Numbered from the stretch's first letter, positions 18,612 through 29,315 are shown. The stretch is 64,000 nucleotides of DNA from an uncultured Candidatus Saccharibacteria bacterium (GCA_964399865.1 CAYNRJ010000001.1:2315-66314); one strand, 5' to 3'. Program-made: numbers and translations. Notes: generated from the letters alone by a model not told the origin.

Positions 18612-20831
18612 ATGAAGCATATCCTTTTGATAATCGGCGGAGGTATCGTGGTACTGAGCGCGATGACCTTTGTCTTTACGATAACGCAGGTAGAGCAGGA
18701 GCGTGCATCGCTTTCTGCCGATCTTCAATATCGCACACGACTTCTCGCGGACTCACTCAAGGAATCAGTAGAGCCCTCATATCGCGCAGGAATGATGGAA
18801 TCTGTTGAGGCACTCGTCGCGAAATTTACTGACCGCGAACGTCTTGCTGGACTCGCAGTTCTCGATCGTGACGGAGTTATTCTGACGGCGTCTGGAGAAA
18901 TTCCGGAGCCAGTGCAGAGTAATATGCCGCTCGTGACTCGGGCCATGGACTTCAACGCCTCAGAGGGTGAGTTTTTGCGAAGCGGAAGGAGTCATTTCTA
19001 CGTATTTGCTTCACCGCTTAGAGCCAATGAACTACCAGAGGGAGTGCTTCTCGTCATTCAGGACGCAGACTACATTGATAGTGCTGTTCTCAGTATCTTG
19101 TGGAACAACTTTGTTCGTTTTGCGGTGCAGGTGCTGTTCTATTCAGCAGTTGTTCTTCTGATCGTACGCTGGATCATCGTTAAACCACTTTCGCGCCTTG
19201 CAGAATCGGTGAAATCCGTGCGCGCAGGAAAGGGGGGAGCGGATTCTACGCTCGAGCACCCGTTCTTCTTTCAGCCGCTTGCGCACGAAATATTCAAAAT
19301 GTCTAAAAGTCTCACTCAGGCGCGATCTGCTGCGAGCGAGGAGGCGCGTATGCGATTGGAGAAACTCGACACACCTTGGACCGCGGAGCGATTAAAGGAA
19401 TTCGTGAAAGGTCATCTTAAAGATAGACCGATCGTACTCGTCTCAAATCGCGAGCCGTATGTGCACAACAGGGTAAATGGGGAAACGCAGTTCACTGTTC
19501 CTGCGAGCGGTCTAGTTACAGCGCTTGAGCCGGTCATGGAAGCGTGCGGCGGCCTTTGGATAGCGCATGGAAGCGGATCTGCAGATAGAGAAACTGCCGA
19601 TGAGGGCGGCAAGTTACAGGTCCCACCGGAAGAACCACACTACACACTAAAGAGAGTTTGGCTTACGCAAAAGGACATCCAGGGATTTTATACTGGCTTT
19701 TCCAATGAAGCTTTGTGGCCTCTTTGTCACACGGCGCACAATCGCCCCATATTCCGAAAAGAAGACTGGCTCGCGTATCGCCGCGTAAATGGAAAATTCG
19801 CTGAGGCACTCCTCGGCGAGATCAAGAATCTGCAGAATCCGATCATTCTCGTCCAGGATTATCATTTCGCACTCTTGCCGCACATGATCAAGAAAGCGCG
19901 ACCGGATGCGAGCGTCGGTCTTTTCTGGCACATTCCATGGCCGGGTGCCGAAAGTTTTAGTATCTGTCCTTGGAGAAAAGAATTACTCGACGGTATGCTC
20001 GGCGCCGACCTTATCGGCTTCCACACGCAGCAGTACTGCAACAACTTTATGGATACCGTGGGTAAGGAAATTGAAGCTCGTATAGATTTCGAACGATTTG
20101 GCATAAGTCGTGATGGGCATATTTCTCAGATCGAGGCTTTCCCAATTTCGATCGCCTTTACGAATGTGGATGCTCCTCACGACGAGACTGAAAATAAGGG
20201 CGTCTTTAAAAATCTTGGTATCGAGACCGAATTTATTGGTCTGGGTGTAGATCGTCTCGACTACACGAAGGGTATACTTGAGCGCTTTAAGGCGATCGAG
20301 TTCTTCCTTGATGCGCACAGAGATTATGTCGGGAAATTCACCTTCCTTCAGATTTCATCACCCTCAAGAGAAACGTCACAAAAATATCGTGAATACTCAG
20401 AAGAGTGCTCAGAAGCGGCGCAGCGCATCAATGATAAATTCGCAACAGGTGATTGGAAACCGATCGTATTCGAGAAACGACACTTTTCGCATGAGGAGCT
20501 TCGTCCTCTGTATGCGAACGCGGATTTCTGTCTTGTAACCTCCCTTCACGATGGCATGAACCTTGTCGCAAAGGAGTTCGTTGCTGCGCGAAACAATGAG
20601 AGTGGAGTACTTATCCTCAGTCAGTTTGCAGGTGCATCACGTGACCTCAAGGGATCGATCGTCATTAATCCCTATAGTGCCGAGGATGGTGCGGAGGCGA
20701 TCCATTCGGCTCTTACCATGTCACCCACAGAGCAACATCGTCGTATGAAAGCAATGAGAAATATCGTACGCGATAACAACGTCTACCGATGGTCCGCAGA
20801 ATTCCTAAAGACGCTCGCAAACCTCGTGTAA
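18612..20831 (+). CDS. otsA: Trehalose-6-phosphate synthase (GT20) fused to an N-terminal TM-sensor-TM-HAMP region
   Basis: VSNREP, SGLVTAL, QDYH, FWHIPWP, GVDRLDYTKG and DGMNLVAKEF; N-terminal two TMs followed by IVKPLSRLAESV (HAMP-like). Confidence 0.9.
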   Translation: MKHILLIIGGGIVVLSAMTFVFTITQVEQERASLSADLQYRTRLLADSLKESVEPSYRAGMMESVEALVAKFTDRERLAGLAVLDRDGVILTASGEIPEPVQSNMPLVTRAMDFNASEGEFLRSGRSHFYVFASPLRANELPEGVLLVIQDADYIDSAVLSILWNNFVRFAVQVLFYSAVVLLIVRWIIVKPLSRLAESVKSVRAGKGGADSTLEHPFFFQPLAHEIFKMSKSLTQARSAASEEARMRLEKLDTPWTAERLKEFVKGHLKDRPIVLVSNREPYVHNRVNGETQFTVPASGLVTALEPVMEACGGLWIAHGSGSADRETADEGGKLQVPPEEPHYTLKRVWLTQKDIQGFYTGFSNEALWPLCHTAHNRPIFRKEDWLAYRRVNGKFAEALLGEIKNLQNPIILVQDYHFALLPHMIKKARPDASVGLFWHIPWPGAESFSICPWRKELLDGMLGADLIGFHTQQYCNNFMDTVGKEIEARIDFERFGISRDGHISQIEAFPISIAFTNVDAPHDETENKGVFKNLGIETEFIGLGVDRLDYTKGILERFKAIEFFLDAHRDYVGKFTFLQISSPSRETSQKYREYSEECSEAAQRINDKFATGDWKPIVFEKRHFSHEELRPLYANADFCLVTSLHDGMNLVAKEFVAARNNESGVLILSQFAGASRDLKGSIVINPYSAEDGAEAIHSALTMSPTEQHRRMKAMRNIVRDNNVYRWSAEFLKTLANLV

Positions 20832-20835
20832 TCGC

Positions 20836-21597
20836 ATGAATGAGGATTTTTCTTCCGTACTAGATATCGTTCGCTCCGTGCGGCCGCTACTTCTGCCGCA
20901 CTGGGGAAAGGCGGGGACTGTGGAGTATAAGGAAGCAAACAATCATGGCGCAGTAACGTATTACGATCGTGAGTCGGAGAGGATCCTTTCAACTGCATTA
21001 CGAGAGAAGTATCCCGACATTGGATTTGTAGGGGAAGAGAGCGGTGGGGACAGAACGGTCTCGCGCTTTTGGCTTGCAGACCCGATAGACGGCACAGTCG
21101 CTTTTATCGAAGGAAAGCCGTATTGCACCACGATGCTTGGGCTCATTGAGGAGGGAAAGCAACGGTTAGGAGTTATTTATGATTTCGTTACCGACACTAT
21201 GTATCACGCCGAAAAGGGAAAAGGGGCGTATGAAGAAAATACTCGCATTCATGTGAGCGATCGTATGCCGCCAGACATCCAGCTTGGTGTAGAAACTCAT
21301 GATGGAGAGCTACTGCAAAGAGTTTCTGCCAAGTATCCACTTTTTAAAACCATGACCGCGGGTCACGAATTCGTTCAAGTAGCTAAAGGCGCGATAGAAG
21401 GTCGAGTTTGTTTCAATCCGTTTGGTAAAGACTACGATTTTGCGCCGGGGACATTACTCGTGGCGGAGGCAGGAGGAATTGTCGCAAACATTGGAAAGAA
21501 TACGTACGATTATACAAATTTGAATTTTATAGCAGCGAATAAGCCCGTATATGAGGCTTTAACAAAGGGGTCGGAGGCGATATTTCCGATTGCTTGA
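20836..21597 (+). CDS. Inositol monophosphatase family protein
   Basis: GEE, WLADPIDGT, YDFAPG.LLV.EAGG. Confidence 0.85.
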   Translation: MNEDFSSVLDIVRSVRPLLLPHWGKAGTVEYKEANNHGAVTYYDRESERILSTALREKYPDIGFVGEESGGDRTVSRFWLADPIDGTVAFIEGKPYCTTMLGLIEEGKQRLGVIYDFVTDTMYHAEKGKGAYEENTRIHVSDRMPPDIQLGVETHDGELLQRVSAKYPLFKTMTAGHEFVQVAKGAIEGRVCFNPFGKDYDFAPGTLLVAEAGGIVANIGKNTYDYTNLNFIAANKPVYEALTKGSEAIFPIA

Positions 21598-21615
21598 GGG
21601 AGGGTACAATAAGAC

Positions 21616-24303
21616 ATGCTCGGAGCATGGCACACAGAGGAGGTCTCAGATATTTTGCACGCGTTAAAGGCCTCTGAAAATGGGCTTAGTACTGAAGAAG
21701 CCTCACGAAGACTTAAAGAATCGGGCCCCAACTCCCTACCTGAAGCAAAGAGCGAGAGTATCGCGCTCCTATTTGTCCGCCAATTCAAGAGTTCCCTCAT
21801 TTACGTTCTCCTGGGCGCAAGCGCAGTCATGTTTCTTATGGGGGAATCCGTTGACGCCCTCATCATCCTCGCGGTCCTTCTTTTCAATGCGATCGTGGGA
21901 GCGATTCAGGAGGGGCGCGCGCAGAATACGCTGCGCGCGCTAAAACATTTCGTCGAAACTAACGCGACCGTGATGCGAGGAAATGTTGAGACAATAATTC
22001 CGGATACAGAAGTTGTCGAAGGCGATAGTATTATCTTGCAGGAAGGAGAGAAAGTGCCTGCGGACGCGCGTCTCATGCTTTCACACTCACTTCGAGTGGA
22101 TGAGGCGGCGCTCACCGGTGAATCAGAGCCTGTCACAAAAACTGCCGCGGTACTCTCGAAAATTGATTTGCCGATCACGGATCAGGACAACATGCTCTTT
22201 AAGGGTACGTATGTAGTTGCGGGAAATGGTAAAGCTGTCGTTGTTGCAACAGGTGAGAGAACAGTGATCGGAAAAATTGCAGAAGAGATATCATCTTCAG
22301 CTGTTGAGATCCCACTTGCCGCAAATATCAGATCTCTTTCTCATCTCATCATTGGCGCCGTACTTGCAATATGCGTTGTACTTTTTTTCTACGGGCTTGC
22401 GGTCGGCTATTCAATATCACTTATGTTTGGCACGGCGGTCGCGATCGCAGTGTCAGCGATTCCCGAGGGACTTCCGATCGTTCTTACTCTCGTCCTCGCA
22501 ACCGGCGTGTGGCGAATGGGTAAACGGAACGCACTTGTGAAGCGTCTGCCTGCCGTCGAAGCACTGGGACAAGCGAGGGTCATCGCGGTCGATAAAACAG
22601 GAACACTTACCAAGAACGAAATAATTGTTGAGAAGTTATACATACACGGAGAAGCAAATGGTAAAGGTGATCTTTTTGATATCTCGGGCGTTGGATACGC
22701 CCCAGAGGGTAATGCATCGATCGGTGGCACCAACACGACTCCCGAAATGCATCATGGACTTGCACGGGCCGGGCGAATCGCAGCACTTTCGGCGAATGCG
22801 CGTGTTTTATATTCGGAGGAACTTTCACGTTGGCGTGTGACTGGGGACCCCACAGAAGCAGCACTTCTTGTATTTGCACAGAAGCTGGGACTTAGTAAAG
22901 AGGATATTGAACGGGGCTCGCCTCTTATCGCGGAATTGCCGTTTGACTCTGCAGTCAAATATCACGCACTCGTACATCGTGATGGAAGAGAGCTTTTCTT
23001 ATCAGTCGTAGGGGCGCCGGAAGTCATTCTTTCGATGTGCAACGCGTCTCTGCAGAACGGTGAGCACAAGCATTTATCGGAAACTGAACGAGCGAAAATC
23101 GAAGAGCAATTCCTACGACTTTCCGAAATGGGTCTCAGAGTAGTCGCGCTAGCTGAGAAAAGGCACATTAAAGAAACCTTGGCCGCTGAGGATGTGGGTG
23201 CGCTCACGTTCGTCGCGCTTGTTGGCATGAAAGACGGACTTCGTCCCGAGGTTCCGGACGCGATGCGAAGAGCGATAGCGGCGGGTATTCGCGTGGTCAT
23301 GATAACCGGCGATCATGCCGTCACCGCGCGAGCCATCGGCAAGGAAGCGGGGATATTTCAGGAGGGGGATGCAGTTCTTACGGGTGAGGAAATGAACGCA
23401 CTGTCGGACAATCAGCTTTCACAAAGGATCGGGAAGGTGAGTGTGTTCGCGCGCATGACTCCGGAGCATAAGCTCCGCATCATCAAAGCGTATCGTTTGC
23501 GCGGAGAAATTATTGCGATGACAGGCGATGGTGTGAACGATGCCCCGTCCCTCGTTGCTGCGGATCTAGGTGTCGCTATGGGTGGTATTGGTACGGAAGT
23601 CGCAAAAGAAGCGTCGGACATTATTCTTCTTGATGATAATTTCGGATCGATCGTTTCCGCCGTTGAGGAAGGAAGAAGTATTTATAAAACACTTAAGAAA
23701 GTGATCCTATATCTTTTCTCTACAAATATTGGTGAGGTGCTCGTGATAACAGGCGCACTTATACTTACCCTCCCACTTCCACTCCTCCCATCGCAGATCA
23801 TTTGGCTCAATTTCGTTACAGATGGTTTTCTTACAGCGGCGCTTGCTATGGAGCCAAAAGAGAAAGGGCTTCTGACGAAAACATTTGAGCGGCCAAAAAA
23901 GTATCTCATTGATGGCCTCATGACGAGGCGGATGGTTCTTATGGCGATTACCATGGCGATCGGCACCCTCGGGCTCTTTGTGTTCTATGTCGATGATATT
24001 GCAAAAGCGCTTACTGTGTCTCTTACAGCGCTCGCGGTATTCCAGTGGTTTAACGCATGGAATGTGCGATCAGAAACGGAATCCGTATTTACAATGAATC
24101 CATTCTCGAATTTGTTTCTCGTGGGTGCGACACTCATTGTTGTCGTCTTGCAGGTTCTCGCAGTCTACACATCATTCCTACAGGGCGTGCTTCACACGGT
24201 GCCGATCTCTCTTTCAGAGTGGGCGCTCATCGTTGGCGTAGCGTTCTCCATTGTTATTGTGGAAGAAGTACGGAAAATCTTTGCAAGACAGCGGGCACTT
24301 TGA
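21616..24303 (+). CDS. Cation-transporting P-type ATPase (type IIA-like)
   Basis: TGES, IPEGLP, DKTGTLT, TGD, GDGVNDAP. Confidence 0.95.
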   Translation: MLGAWHTEEVSDILHALKASENGLSTEEASRRLKESGPNSLPEAKSESIALLFVRQFKSSLIYVLLGASAVMFLMGESVDALIILAVLLFNAIVGAIQEGRAQNTLRALKHFVETNATVMRGNVETIIPDTEVVEGDSIILQEGEKVPADARLMLSHSLRVDEAALTGESEPVTKTAAVLSKIDLPITDQDNMLFKGTYVVAGNGKAVVVATGERTVIGKIAEEISSSAVEIPLAANIRSLSHLIIGAVLAICVVLFFYGLAVGYSISLMFGTAVAIAVSAIPEGLPIVLTLVLATGVWRMGKRNALVKRLPAVEALGQARVIAVDKTGTLTKNEIIVEKLYIHGEANGKGDLFDISGVGYAPEGNASIGGTNTTPEMHHGLARAGRIAALSANARVLYSEELSRWRVTGDPTEAALLVFAQKLGLSKEDIERGSPLIAELPFDSAVKYHALVHRDGRELFLSVVGAPEVILSMCNASLQNGEHKHLSETERAKIEEQFLRLSEMGLRVVALAEKRHIKETLAAEDVGALTFVALVGMKDGLRPEVPDAMRRAIAAGIRVVMITGDHAVTARAIGKEAGIFQEGDAVLTGEEMNALSDNQLSQRIGKVSVFARMTPEHKLRIIKAYRLRGEIIAMTGDGVNDAPSLVAADLGVAMGGIGTEVAKEASDIILLDDNFGSIVSAVEEGRSIYKTLKKVILYLFSTNIGEVLVITGALILTLPLPLLPSQIIWLNFVTDGFLTAALAMEPKEKGLLTKTFERPKKYLIDGLMTRRMVLMAITMAIGTLGLFVFYVDDIAKALTVSLTALAVFQWFNAWNVRSETESVFTMNPFSNLFLVGATLIVVVLQVLAVYTSFLQGVLHTVPISLSEWALIVGVAFSIVIVEEVRKIFARQRAL

Positions 24304-24333
24304 GCCCACTAATAAGAGAGTACAATGTACTAG

Positions 24334-24732
24334 ATGAAAGGATACATATCGAACATAGAAGAGGAGTCACTCAGTAACGACAATTTTAGAAGAGTCGTCT
24401 ATACCGCGAAGAACTTCCAACTCGTCGTGATGTCGCTCGAACCAGGAGGCGAAATCGGCGAAGAAACGCATGACGTCGATCAATTCATTCGCATTGAGAA
24501 GGGAGAAGGTAAGGCAATTCTCGATGAAGTCGCGCACTCAATAAGTGATGGGTACGCAGTCATTATTCCTGCGGGAACGACGCATAACATCTTGAATACG
24601 GGAGGAGAGCAGATGAAGATTTACTCACTCTACTCGCCCCCTCATCATAGGGATGCTGTTGTACATAAGACAAAGGAGGATGCGGAAGCAGATTCGGAGG
24701 AATTTGACGGTAAAACGACAGAATCGCTCTAA
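24334..24732 (+). CDS. Cupin domain protein
   Basis: GEIGEETH...IPAGTTHN...YSPPHH. Confidence 0.85.
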   Translation: MKGYISNIEEESLSNDNFRRVVYTAKNFQLVVMSLEPGGEIGEETHDVDQFIRIEKGEGKAILDEVAHSISDGYAVIIPAGTTHNILNTGGEQMKIYSLYSPPHHRDAVVHKTKEDAEADSEEFDGKTTESL

Positions 24733-24814
24733 ACGCTACTAAGCGCGGTAGGGGGCGACAAAGCCTAGAGAATACGGTATATTGAGGCTATCTCCGGTAC
24801 GGAGTTTTTATTTT

Positions 24815-26596
24815 ATGGAAATTCGAAACATAGCGATTATTGCTCACGTCGACCACGGAAAGACAACACTTACGGATGCGCTTTTGAAGCAAACGGGAGT
24901 TGGTGAGGAAGGAGTATCAATGGACTCAAACGATCTTGAGCGTGAGCGCGGTATTACGATTTATTCCAAAAACGCCTCGATTCCATACAAGGGCACAAAG
25001 ATAAACCTTGTAGATACTCCTGGGCACTCCGACTTCGGTTCAGAAGTGGAGCGCGTGCTCCGATCGATCGATTGCGTGCTCCTCGTGGTTGATGCTCAGG
25101 AAGGCCCCATGCCTCAGACACGATTCGTTCTTAAGAAATCACTGGAACTCGGCATTAAACCGATCGTCGTTATAAATAAAATCGACAAGCCGGCGGCTGA
25201 CCCAGCTCGCGCTGAAGAGCAGGTTCTCGAACTCTTCCTCGAGCTCGGTGCTTCAAATGATCAGTCAAACTTCCCTGTCGTATACGCGATCGGCAAACAG
25301 GGTATCGCAAAAATTAAATTGACCGACGATTCAAAAGATTTGACCCCGCTTCTTGAGACTATTCTCACTCACGTGCCTCCTGCAAATAAAGAAGCTGTTG
25401 GGGTTCCTGCGCGCCTACAACCATTCAACCTTGCGTACGATAACTTCCTCGGTCGTCTTGCGATCGTTCGTGTATACGACGGCACTCTGAAGACGGGGGA
25501 TTCTGTATTCGTCAAAAAGCCAACAGGCGAGGCACGTCCCGGGAAGATCACAAAGATGTATACCTTTAAGGGTCTACAGAAAGTAGAAAGTACCGAAGTA
25601 GGTAGCGGAGACATCGCGCTTATCGCAGGTCTTCCAGATATTTATATCGGAGAAACAGTGACGACTGACCAAAATGCTGAAGCGCTCCCAGCTATTGCCA
25701 TCGATGAGCCAACAATTACGCTCAACTTCTTGGTTAACAACTCGCCTTTTGCTGGTCGCGAAGGTAAGTTCGTCACATCACGCCAGATTCGCGAGCGCTT
25801 GGAAAAAGAGCTCGAAGTGAACGTCGGTCTTCGCGTTGCATTTGATAGTGGAGATACATTTAAAGTATCAGGCCGTGGCGAACTCCATGTCGCGATCTTG
25901 CTCGAAAACATGCGTCGTGAGGGATACGAAATGCAGGTCTCTCAGCCGCAGGTAATTTTCCGTGAAGAGAATGGAAAGAAGCTAGAGCCTTTCGAGGAAG
26001 TCATCGTTGATACTCCACAGGAATACCAGGGCTCCATTATGGAGAGACTCGGTACTCGTAAATTTGTCATGAAAGATATGAAGATGCACGAAAATCAGGT
26101 GCGTCTCATTTTTGAAGGTCCTACTCGTGGACTCCTTGGCTACCGCAACCAATTCATTCTCGACACTCGAGGTGAAGGAATACTCTCTTCTCGCGTTATC
26201 GGTTTCCAGCCGCATGCGGGCGAGATAAAGAAGCGTGCAGTTGGCTCGATGATCTCTATGGCTGCCGGCAAGGCGCTCGGCTTCTCACTCTGGAATCTTC
26301 AGGAACGCGGTGTTCTCTACATCGGACCTGCAGTTGAAGTGTATGAGGGTATGGTTATCGGCAACACGTCAAAGGGAGAGGAAATGTCCGTAAACCCTAC
26401 AAAAGGAAAACAGCTCACCAACATGCGAGCATCTGGTTCTGACGAAGCAATCCAGCTTATCCCACCATACGAACTCACTATCGAAAAAGGTCTTGAAGTC
26501 ATGTCTGAGGACGAATACTTGGAGATCACTCCTCTCAGCGTGCGCCTACGTAAGCAGAAGTTGTCTGAAACCGAGCGTTCAAAAGCGAAAAGATAA
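24815..26596 (+). CDS. typA: Translational GTPase TypA/BipA
   Basis: IRNIAIIAHVDHGKTT, ERERGITI, DTPGH, GRGELH, KQLTNMRASG. Confidence 0.97.
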   Translation: MEIRNIAIIAHVDHGKTTLTDALLKQTGVGEEGVSMDSNDLERERGITIYSKNASIPYKGTKINLVDTPGHSDFGSEVERVLRSIDCVLLVVDAQEGPMPQTRFVLKKSLELGIKPIVVINKIDKPAADPARAEEQVLELFLELGASNDQSNFPVVYAIGKQGIAKIKLTDDSKDLTPLLETILTHVPPANKEAVGVPARLQPFNLAYDNFLGRLAIVRVYDGTLKTGDSVFVKKPTGEARPGKITKMYTFKGLQKVESTEVGSGDIALIAGLPDIYIGETVTTDQNAEALPAIAIDEPTITLNFLVNNSPFAGREGKFVTSRQIRERLEKELEVNVGLRVAFDSGDTFKVSGRGELHVAILLENMRREGYEMQVSQPQVIFREENGKKLEPFEEVIVDTPQEYQGSIMERLGTRKFVMKDMKMHENQVRLIFEGPTRGLLGYRNQFILDTRGEGILSSRVIGFQPHAGEIKKRAVGSMISMAAGKALGFSLWNLQERGVLYIGPAVEVYEGMVIGNTSKGEEMSVNPTKGKQLTNMRASGSDEAIQLIPPYELTIEKGLEVMSEDEYLEITPLSVRLRKQKLSETERSKAKR

Positions 26597-26603
26597 GGGG
26601 AAC

Positions 26604-26720
26604 GAAACTCTTTTTCGCCATATGTTCTCCGGAGCACGGATATTTTTCTGCTGAAAAATTCCTCGAGCTCGCGCCGCCGCGCTCGCTGGGCTCCGTCAAA
26701 CACATGCCGAAGCGAGTTTC
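26604..26720. repeat. Branched palindromic element, copy A
   Basis: Outer arms gaaactc..ttcg.cat.tgtt..cggagc / gctccg..aaca.atg.cgaa..gagtttc; inner hairpins with loops tgct and cgcc. Confidence 0.6.
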
Positions 26721-26792
26721 TAAAGGGAGGAGCTGGGGGAAATACAAAACCGGCAGGGACCGGCACGCCTCGTTAAATGGTATGATTTTCAT

Positions 26793-27188
26793 ATGACAAA
26801 ACGCGCAATGCCAGAGTCGGAGGAAGAGTGGCAGAAGATGCTTACACCCGAGCAGTATAAAGTGCTGCGTGAGAGGGGAACTGAAGCACCCTTCTCCGGC
26901 AATTTTCTAGATGAGAAAGCGGATGGTACATACGCATGCGCAGCATGCGGAAATCCTCTGTTTGCGTCGGATGCAAAATTTGATTCAGGGACTGGCTGGC
27001 CTTCTTTTGACGACGCTCTTCCTGGGGCTGTGGAAACTCACCGCGACGGAACGCTCGGTATGGAGCGAACAGAAATAACCTGCGCTCGCTGCGGGTCACA
27101 CCTCGGTCATGTGTTTGATGACGGTCCCACAAAGACGGGTAAGCGCTACTGCATTAATTCAGTTTGCTTGGACCTCGAGGAAAAATAA
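26793..27188 (+). CDS. msrB: Methionine-R-sulfoxide reductase
   Basis: [35 protein letters not shown]. Confidence 0.97.
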   Translation: MTKRAMPESEEEWQKMLTPEQYKVLRERGTEAPFSGNFLDEKADGTYACAACGNPLFASDAKFDSGTGWPSFDDALPGAVETHRDGTLGMERTEITCARCGSHLGHVFDDGPTKTGKRYCINSVCLDLEEK

Positions 27189-27190
27189 CC

Positions 27191-27748
27191 ATGACATTGA
27201 ATCGCGTCCTTATCGGAGCAGGGTTACTAATTGCTCTCCAAGCGATCGTTCTTTTTCTATTCGGGCAACCCGCTATTTGCGAATGTGGCGTCGTGAAAGT
27301 GTGGGAAGGTGCGGTCCTCAGCTCGGGAAATTCTCAGCACATAAGCGATTGGTACACGTTTTCCCACGTTATTCATGGATTCCTGTTCTATTTAGCGCTT
27401 TGGTATTTCTTCCCTCGCATGTCGATTGGGCTCCGTTTTCTTCTTGCCCTTGGTCTCGAGATCGCTTGGGAGATCTTTGAGAATACTCCAATGATTATTG
27501 AACATTACAGACAACAGGCGCTTGCACAGGGGTACACAGGAGACAGTATCCTCAACTCGGTCATGGATACTGCCGCAATGGCACTTGGATTTCTGTTGGC
27601 TCGAAAATGGGCGGTATGGACGATCATTCTCTCTGCCTTAGTGATGGAAATTTTTGTCGGCTACTCCATTCGGGATAACCTTACGCTCAATACGATTGGT
27701 CTAATTCACCAATTCGAATTCATTAGTGAGTGGCAAATGGGAGGATAA
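27191..27748 (+). CDS. DUF2585 family membrane protein
   Basis: ICECG..K.WEG...S..NSQHISDWYTFSH.IHG, Y.GDSILNS, IRDNLTLN. Confidence 0.85.
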   Translation: MTLNRVLIGAGLLIALQAIVLFLFGQPAICECGVVKVWEGAVLSSGNSQHISDWYTFSHVIHGFLFYLALWYFFPRMSIGLRFLLALGLEIAWEIFENTPMIIEHYRQQALAQGYTGDSILNSVMDTAAMALGFLLARKWAVWTIILSALVMEIFVGYSIRDNLTLNTIGLIHQFEFISEWQMGG

Positions 27749-27848
27749 TGAATGGTAACTATCGAATAATGAAGTACACTGTGGTGATGCATGCACTTCA
27801 TGAAAGAGAAGGAAAGTGCGTGCGTCTTACTAGCAGAGAATATTCATC

Positions 27849-28136
27849 ATGAGTGATTTCCTAAAGATGGATGTGTTCTTCTTCGTTTCGACGATCGCAG
27901 TTGCGATCGTAACATTGCTCATCGTTCTCATCATGATCCGTGTTTTCCGGATACTTGGTCATGTGGAAGAGATATCAAAAATCGTAAGTGAGGAGGGCAA
28001 TTTGGTGCGCGGGGATATCGCAGAGCTTAGAGCATCCATCAAGACAGAAGGATTCAAGCTTTCCACGACGATTGGATCTTTCGGAAAAATTATTCAGCGT
28101 ATATTCATTAAGAAAAGTAATAATAAAAAAATATGA
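27849..28136 (+). CDS. Single-TM protein
   Basis: DVFFFVSTIA TM followed by a coiled segment. Confidence 0.7.
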   Translation: MSDFLKMDVFFFVSTIAVAIVTLLIVLIMIRVFRILGHVEEISKIVSEEGNLVRGDIAELRASIKTEGFKLSTTIGSFGKIIQRIFIKKSNNKKI

Positions 28137-28543
28137 AAACAAAAGGAAAAGTGGGGTTAGGGCTTCTAGCAGCAACAGCTACCGCAGCGGGGGTTGCCGC
28201 TGGGTACTATTTTTACGCCAGTAAAAATGCCAAGAAGAATCGTAAAATCGTCTCGAAATGGGCAGTCGATCTAAAAAAAGATGTTATCAAACAGGCAAAG
28301 AAAGTAGGTAGCATAGATCAAGCTACAATCGCGAATATCATAGATAAGGCTTCGGAGACGTATCAGACGGTTAAGAGCGTAGGTCCAGCAGAACTCTCCC
28401 GCGCGACGAAGGAATTGAAAAATAATTGGAAGGAGCTGGTAGATGAGCTTTCCTCAGGAGGAAAGCGGGCCACATCTGCGGTCAAGAAATCAGTCAAAAA
28501 AGCAAAATCGACATCCACGAAAGTTAAGAAGATCACCTCGTAG
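28133..28543 (+). CDS. Lys-rich YtxH-like membrane-associated protein
   Basis: AAGVAAGYYFY followed by a basic helical region. Confidence 0.6.
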   Translation: MKTKGKVGLGLLAATATAAGVAAGYYFYASKNAKKNRKIVSKWAVDLKKDVIKQAKKVGSIDQATIANIIDKASETYQTVKSVGPAELSRATKELKNNWKELVDELSSGGKRATSAVKKSVKKAKSTSTKVKKITS

Positions 28544-28592
28544 CCCCGCTGACTGCCGGGGTCCGGTTCTTTACTCATGGTATATTCATGCC

Positions 28593-29315
28593 ATGAATGA
28601 AAAAGCACGCCTGAACTCTAAGGAGATTGAGCGGAGGAGGCGGGCCAAAATGCCGGAAAAAAGTCCGCTAAAGCTTCAGAGAGAAAATGAACAGCTGAAA
28701 GCAGAAAATATTGACCTATCGGCGAATAATGCCGAATTAGAATCTCAGGCTACCCACGACCCACTGACAGGTCTCTTAAATCGACGAGGTTTGGCACAGG
28801 GTTTTAATCAAAATATTCGACTACTCAAACATTCGTTTGGGTATGATCGCGTCGCGTATTTCCTTATCGATGTCGACGATTTTAAGATCTTCAATACGCA
28901 ATTCGGTCAGCCGGGAGGCGACAAGGTACTCGCGAGTATGGGGAAAGTGTTGTCAGAATTATTCAAGCGTCACGGCGAGGACCCCAGAATGATATCTCGA
29001 AGAGGTATTGATGTCGTAGCGCGCCTCGGTGGGGATGAATTTGTGTTTTGTTGCTTGGTGAAAGGTGATGAAGAGGTAGACATAATCGCTGATATGATAA
29101 TTTCTGCAGTGCAAGAAAATGCAACTAAGCTTGCGGGGCTAGAAGGAAGTCCCGATGTAACAGTAAGTATCGGTGTTGGAGCAGTAGATAATTCTTCTCT
29201 AGGCGAAGAAGACGTATATAAAAGAGTCGCCTCCGCACTCTTGGAGGCCAAAGCTGGGGGTAAGAATTCTTTCGTGAACATCGGTCTTGTAGAATCTGAT
29301 GAAATAAAATCATGA
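28593..29315 (+). CDS. Diguanylate cyclase (coiled coil + GGDEF)
   Basis: DPLTGLLNRR, DVDDFK, RGID (RxxD I-site) five residues before GGDEF. Confidence 0.9.
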   Translation: MNEKARLNSKEIERRRRAKMPEKSPLKLQRENEQLKAENIDLSANNAELESQATHDPLTGLLNRRGLAQGFNQNIRLLKHSFGYDRVAYFLIDVDDFKIFNTQFGQPGGDKVLASMGKVLSELFKRHGEDPRMISRRGIDVVARLGGDEFVFCCLVKGDEEVDIIADMIISAVQENATKLAGLEGSPDVTVSIGVGAVDNSSLGEEDVYKRVASALLEAKAGGKNSFVNIGLVESDEIKS

